Part shown: positions 59,281 through 64,000 of the stretch, in pieces
Layout of the letters: each line of letters begins with the position of its first letter
How positions within the stretch are numbered: position 1 is the stretch's first letter
Assembly (NCBI GenBank): GCA_902524635.1
Contig: CABZDY010000001.1
Location: 19,477-83,476 of the forward strand
Length of the DNA stretch: 64,000 nt
Direction: 5' to 3'
DNA from: an uncultured Pelagibacteraceae bacterium
GTDB taxonomy: Bacteria > Pseudomonadota > Alphaproteobacteria > Pelagibacterales > Pelagibacteraceae
Position numbers and translations under genes: made by a program
The notes under the pieces: generated by a model
Told to the model about the DNA's origin: nothing
Seen by the model: only the letters and a program-made list of their open reading frames with translations
Databases searched by the model: none

Positions 59281-60542
59281 TTATCTATAATTCTAAAACC
59301 AATATCTTTTCTATAAAAACCATTTTTCCATCCTAAATTTTCAATTTCATTAATCACCAATTCTCTTGATTTTTTTAAATCCTCAGAAATATTTACAAAA
59401 TTAAGTACACGTCCTCCTATTGCATAAACTTTATTATCAATCCACTCAGTGCCAGCATGGTAAATAAAAGTATTATTCTTCTCTGTAATTTTCTCTAAGT
59501 GGGGAATTTCTACGTTTTTTTTATATATATCTGGATATCCATTAGAGCACAGTACAACGCACATACTTTTTTTATTTTTCCACTCTATTGTTTGATTTTC
59601 TAAGTTTTCTTCACAGCAAGATAAAATTAATTCTAAAAGATCCGAGTTTAATAATGGTAAAATTGTCTGACATTCTGGATCTCCCATTCTTACATTATAT
59701 TCAATTAGATATGGTTTGTTCTCTTTAATCATAAGACCGACATATAAAAATCCCTTATATGTTTTTCCCATTTCCTCAATTGCCTTAAAAGTTGGTTTGA
59801 CAACACTTTCAATAATTTTTAAGTCCAAATCTTTATTAATAAGCCCTGAAGGAGAATATGCCCCCATACCACCAGTATTTTTACCTTTGTCACCTTCACC
59901 AACTCTTTTATGGTCTTGAGCAGTATTGAACTTTTTAAATGTTTTTCCATCAGATATTACAAAGTAGCTCATCTCTTCACCTTTTAGAAATTCCTCAATA
60001 AGAACTTCATTAGCTGTACCAAATTTTCCATTAAAAATTTCATCTACAGCATTTTTTGCACTATCTGTATCTTCGCAAATATAAACACCTTTACCTGCTG
60101 CTAAACCATCTGCTTTTACAACAATAGGCTTCTTTGCTTCTTCCAAATATTTGTACGCATCTTTAACGGAGCCAAATACACCAAATTGGGCGGTTGGAAT
60201 TTTATATTTTTCACATATTTTTTTTGTAAATATTTTAGAGCCCTCAAGTTGTGAGGAAATTTTATTAGGTCCAAATACTTTTATTCCTTTATTTGTAAGA
60301 AAGTCGACGACACCATCAACAAGAGGTTTTTCTGGACCTACTATTACTAAATCTATTTTATATTCATCAACAAAATTACCCAATTTATCAAAATCATAAA
60401 TATCGATGTTTATATTCTCAGCAATAAATTTAGTCCCAGCATTACCTGGTAAGCAATATAATCTATTAAGTTTTGGAGATTTTGATATTTGATCTGCTAT
60501 AGCATGCTCTCTTCCGCCATTTCCAAGAATTGCAATTTTCAT
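59277..60542 (-). CDS. purD: Phosphoribosylamine-glycine ligase
   Basis: GNGGREHA, KADGLAAGKGV, QDHKR, NTGGMG, RMGDPE. Confidence 0.97.
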   Translation of the reverse strand: MKIAILGNGGREHAIADQISKSPKLNRLYCLPGNAGTKFIAENINIDIYDFDKLGNFVDEYKIDLVIVGPEKPLVDGVVDFLTNKGIKVFGPNKISSQLEGSKIFTKKICEKYKIPTAQFGVFGSVKDAYKYLEEAKKPIVVKADGLAAGKGVYICEDTDSAKNAVDEIFNGKFGTANEVLIEEFLKGEEMSYFVISDGKTFKKFNTAQDHKRVGEGDKGKNTGGMGAYSPSGLINKDLDLKIIESVVKPTFKAIEEMGKTYKGFLYVGLMIKENKPYLIEYNVRMGDPECQTILPLLNSDLLELILSCCEENLENQTIEWKNKKSMCVVLCSNGYPDIYKKNVEIPHLEKITEKNNTFIYHAGTEWIDNKVYAIGGRVLNFVNISEDLKKSRELVINEIENLGWKNGFYRKDIGFRIIDK

Positions 60543-60568
60543 ATATTAAAATATATATCCTATAAACC

Positions 60569-60751
60569 ATGAACAAGTTAGCAAAATTAAAATATCTTCC
60601 AAATAATTTTGAAATAATGGAAGAGGGTGATCATGTGATATGCGCAATTTCAGGGAAGAAAATTCCCTTAGAAAAATTAAATTATTGGAATGTCGACGAA
60701 CAGGAAGCTTATTATTCTTATATTGAGGCTTCAGTCAAAAAAGAAAAGTAA
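60569..60751 (+). CDS. DUF2093 family protein
   Basis: GDHVICAISGKKIPLEKLNYWNVDEQEAY. Confidence 0.8.
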   Translation: MNKLAKLKYLPNNFEIMEEGDHVICAISGKKIPLEKLNYWNVDEQEAYYSYIEASVKKEK

Positions 60752-60762
60752 CAAAATTATAC

Positions 60763-61623
60763 TTATTTTCTCCACCTATCGTGCGTCCAAATCCATTGAT
60801 CTGGATTTTTTAATATCATTTTTTCTAAAATTTTATTTAAATGCTTAGAAATTTCCTCATTAGATTTTTCTGAATTTATTACAATTGGTTGTGAAACATA
60901 CATTTTGAAATAGTGTTTTTTATTTCTCTCTATATAAATTGGAACCAAGTCACACTTATATTTTTTTATAATTTGTGCAGGTATTGTTGTAGTAGACGCT
61001 AAATCTCCAAAAAAATTTATTTTAATCCCTTCAGTAACCCTCTGATCAATCATTAATGCAATTGAGTTACCTTTCTTGAGATTTTCCAATATTTGCCTAG
61101 TTCCTGTCCTTCCTTTTTTTATTTGATTCTTACAAATATAATTTTTTCTAATGTGCTCCATGTCTTCATTTAAGAAGATATTATTTAAAGGTCTATATAT
61201 TGCAGCTAAATTAATTTCTGATTTTTCTATTTGCATAGCCATAAGTTCAAAATTGTTAAAATGACCTGAAATGAATACTACAGGTTTGTTTTTCAATTTT
61301 ATTTTCTCCAAATTATCAATCCCTTCAATTTCAATATAATTTGATAGATTATTATTTCTAAAATCTTTTAAAAATGGATATTCTGCCAAAATTCTTCCAT
61401 AATTACCCAACACATTTTTTGCAAATTCATTTTCAGAGATATCAATTGAAATTTTAGATTTTTTTAGATTTTCAATTATAGATGTTTCTTTTCTAAAAAT
61501 ATTACCAAAAGTTTTTCCAATATAAAAACCTAAATCTGATGAAAATCTATATCCAAGTAATTGACAAATTATAAAAAAAAATTTTATTACAATAAATTCG
61601 AAAAAATAAATAATTCTTTTCAT
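60763..61623 (-). CDS. Lipid A late acyltransferase (LpxL/HtrB family)
   Basis: GHFNNFE, YRPLNN, MIDQ, PDQWIWTHDRW. Confidence 0.9.
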   Translation of the reverse strand: MKRIIYFFEFIVIKFFFIICQLLGYRFSSDLGFYIGKTFGNIFRKETSIIENLKKSKISIDISENEFAKNVLGNYGRILAEYPFLKDFRNNNLSNYIEIEGIDNLEKIKLKNKPVVFISGHFNNFELMAMQIEKSEINLAAIYRPLNNIFLNEDMEHIRKNYICKNQIKKGRTGTRQILENLKKGNSIALMIDQRVTEGIKINFFGDLASTTTIPAQIIKKYKCDLVPIYIERNKKHYFKMYVSQPIVINSEKSNEEISKHLNKILEKMILKNPDQWIWTHDRWRK

Positions 61624-62540
61624 AATCTTTCCTTAAGAAATTTTATAAATTTATTTTTATTTTTAATCTTTAACTTAATTTTTAAATAATCTGTATTTTT
61701 TCTATTTCTTTTGTTTAATCTTTTGTAATCTTTTTCTGTTGTTATGATTTCTAATTTATTATCAAATGCAATTTTTTTGATTTCATCAATCTCTTGATTT
61801 TTAAAATTGTGATGATCGGGAAATATAAATTTTTTTGCTATATTAAATTTATATTTTTTAAGTGTGTATTCAAATTCTTCAGGATTCCCTATACCACAAA
61901 AATATAGATATTTCTTTTTTCTGTTAAATTTTCTTAAATTAATTGGAAGATAATTTGAGTAAAAAATATGGTTATTAAATTCTTTTAGGATTGAAAAAAG
62001 ACTTTTGTTATTTTTTTCACCATTCAAAAAAATTGCACTGTAATTTCTCAGACTTGATAAATTTTCTCTTAAAGGACCTGCTGGTATTAATAGTCCATTT
62101 CCAACCCCATAGCTTGAATTAAAACATGCAAAAGAAATATCATATTTTATTGTTTTATCTTGCAAACCATCATCTAAGATAGCCAAATTAAATTTTCTTG
62201 TATTTTCGGCCTTAATCAAACTCATTTTCCTATCGTTATCACTAAAAACACTTCCATTAATTTTAAGCAACTCTCTCTCATCAAGTTGGTTAATATATTT
62301 TTTTTTAATAAATACAGTTTTGAATTTTTTTTTTAAAATATTATTTATCTCAATACAAAGAGATGTTTTTCCTGTTCCACCTACATAAATATTCCCAACA
62401 CATATTGTCTTAATTTTATAATTTTTTTTTAACAAAAAATTTTTAAAAAAATTTATAATAAATGTAATTATTGAAAATGGAATTAAAGACAACGAAATTA
62501 GATTCTTATTATTCCAAAATAGTGGTTTACTTATCTTCAT
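61620..62540 (-). CDS. lpxK: Tetraacyldisaccharide 4'-kinase
   Basis: VGNIYVGGTGKT, LDDGLQD, PAGPLRE, FPDHH, TTEKD. Confidence 0.95.
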   Translation of the reverse strand: MKISKPLFWNNKNLISLSLIPFSIITFIINFFKNFLLKKNYKIKTICVGNIYVGGTGKTSLCIEINNILKKKFKTVFIKKKYINQLDERELLKINGSVFSDNDRKMSLIKAENTRKFNLAILDDGLQDKTIKYDISFACFNSSYGVGNGLLIPAGPLRENLSSLRNYSAIFLNGEKNNKSLFSILKEFNNHIFYSNYLPINLRKFNRKKKYLYFCGIGNPEEFEYTLKKYKFNIAKKFIFPDHHNFKNQEIDEIKKIAFDNKLEIITTEKDYKRLNKRNRKNTDYLKIKLKIKNKNKFIKFLKERL

Positions 62541-63776
62541 TTAGATAAATCTCTTAATCTCTAATATATTTTTATTTATTATTTTATTACCTAAATAATT
62601 CAATTTATATTTTAATTTTTTATTTTCTGAATAATTAATTTTTTGAAGAATAAAATTTTTAATATTTTTTACTGAATTTATTTTATTTGCAATTTTTAAG
62701 CTACTTAACATTTGATAGACCTCCTTAAAATTATCAACATGTGGACCATATAAAATATAATTTCCTTCGCGGGCAGGTTCCAAAGGATTTTGTCCTCCAT
62801 GTGAAACCAATGAACCCCCAACAAATGTTAATTTTGATAGTGAGTAGAATTTAGAAGCATCTCCATAAGTATCTACAACATATATATCGGTATTTTTTTT
62901 TAAACTTTTCGAAGATGTGTGAAGCTCCGAATTTAATCCAATCTTTGATAACTCATTGGTTATCTCTTTCTTCCTATTGATGTGTCTAGGTATAATAATA
63001 GTTAATAAATTTTTTATTTCATTTTTTAATTCTTTATGAACTTTGCCAATAAATAATTCTTCATTTTTATGTGTACTAGCTGCACACAAAATATTTTTTC
63101 TAAGAAATTTTTTTTTTAAACTAGAAGTATTATAATTTGATAGTGCTGCTCCATAAAATTTAATATTACCTGCAATTTTTATATTTTTTGTTCCAAGAAG
63201 TTTCAAATATCTTTTCGTTTCATTATTTTGAGGTAATGCAACGCTTATTTTTTCAAATATATTTTTTGAAAAATTAGGAAAATTTCTCCATCTATTAAAT
63301 GATTTTTTTGTTATTCTTGCATTAAGAAGTATTAAGGGAATTTTTCTTTTGTGCAAATTATTATACATATTTGGCCAGATCTCTGACTCGACGAATATAG
63401 CCAGTCTTGGTTTCCAATAATGAATAAACAATTTAGTAAGAATATTTAAGTCAAATGGATAGAATTGGTGAATTGTTTTTTTAAATTTGTATTTAGATAA
63501 AATATAAGAAGAACTAGTTGTTGAAGAAGTAATCAAAATTCTTTTAATTTTATTATCTTTTTCAAATTTTTTGATGATTGGGATTATACTTAATATTTCC
63601 CCAACACTCGCTCCGTGAAACCATATTGTTCCATCCACATAATTTTTTTCTGAAAACAAACAAAACTTTTCTTTAAATCTTATTTTATCCTCTTTTCCTA
63701 AAAATATTCTGATTATTAAGATTATTGGTGAAATTAATAATATTATTAATAAAAAAATATTATAAATAAAAAACAT
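62541..63776 (-). CDS. waaA: Kdo transferase
   Basis: WFHGASVGE, ESEIWPN, ASTH, PRH, GGQNPLEP. Confidence 0.95.
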   Translation of the reverse strand: MFFIYNIFLLIILLISPIILIIRIFLGKEDKIRFKEKFCLFSEKNYVDGTIWFHGASVGEILSIIPIIKKFEKDNKIKRILITSSTTSSSYILSKYKFKKTIHQFYPFDLNILTKLFIHYWKPRLAIFVESEIWPNMYNNLHKRKIPLILLNARITKKSFNRWRNFPNFSKNIFEKISVALPQNNETKRYLKLLGTKNIKIAGNIKFYGAALSNYNTSSLKKKFLRKNILCAASTHKNEELFIGKVHKELKNEIKNLLTIIIPRHINRKKEITNELSKIGLNSELHTSSKSLKKNTDIYVVDTYGDASKFYSLSKLTFVGGSLVSHGGQNPLEPAREGNYILYGPHVDNFKEVYQMLSSLKIANKINSVKNIKNFILQKINYSENKKLKYKLNYLGNKIINKNILEIKRFI

Positions 63777-64000
63777 CAGTTTTTGTTTATCTGCTTATTA
63801 TAGAAGTTCTTATATGTTTCAGATTTATTTAAAAGCTCTTCATGATTTCCTGAGTCTAGAACATTACCTTTATCCATTACATAAATTTTATCTGAATTAA
63901 GAATTGTTGAAAGTCTATGAGCTATAACTATGGTCGTTTTATTCAATACCAATTTATCAAGTGCTTTTTGAATTTTTTCTTCAGTTTCAGAGTCTAGCGA
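63776..64000 (-). CDS. msbA: ABC exporter ATPase C-terminus, MsbA-like (partial)
   Basis: Manual translation SLDSETEEKIQKAL...TTIVIAHRLSTILNSDKIYVMDKG...HEELL*; directly upstream of waaA-lpxK. Confidence 0.72.
   Translation of the reverse strand, partial: SLDSETEEKIQKALDKLVLNKTTIVIAHRLSTILNSDKIYVMDKGNVLDSGNHEELLNKSETYKNFYNKQINKN

Overview
Very AT-rich, gene-dense bacterial chromosome segment with tiny intergenic spacers and many stop/start overlaps. Gene content and order (class I lysS, regA, chvI-chvG-ahcY-tsaE-amgK-murU, DUF1476, ramB-like/aceA, groESL, ribF-ileS-lspA, lpxK-kdtA) indicate a streamlined marine alphaproteobacterium, most likely SAR11/Pelagibacterales (inferred from motifs and synteny, no database search). 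About 60 mostly housekeeping CDS. I see no tRNA, rRNA, CRISPR, prophage or IS element. Most interesting items: (1) a four-gene polyamine operon (alanine-racemase-fold decarboxylase, deoxyhypusine-synthase-like protein, AguB, AguA) suggesting an agmatine-based route to homospermidine, preceded by a leader with a 12-codon uORF overlapping a terminator hairpin; (2) an RND adaptor protein that lacks its alpha-hairpin; (3) a 9-bp-periodic TTGTAAAT array and an unlisted 53-aa ORF between the RamB/ScfR-type regulator and aceA; (4) a small terminator-bounded unit between groEL and typA; (5) a ROSE-like thermometer and RpoH-like promoters, one of them in front of regA.
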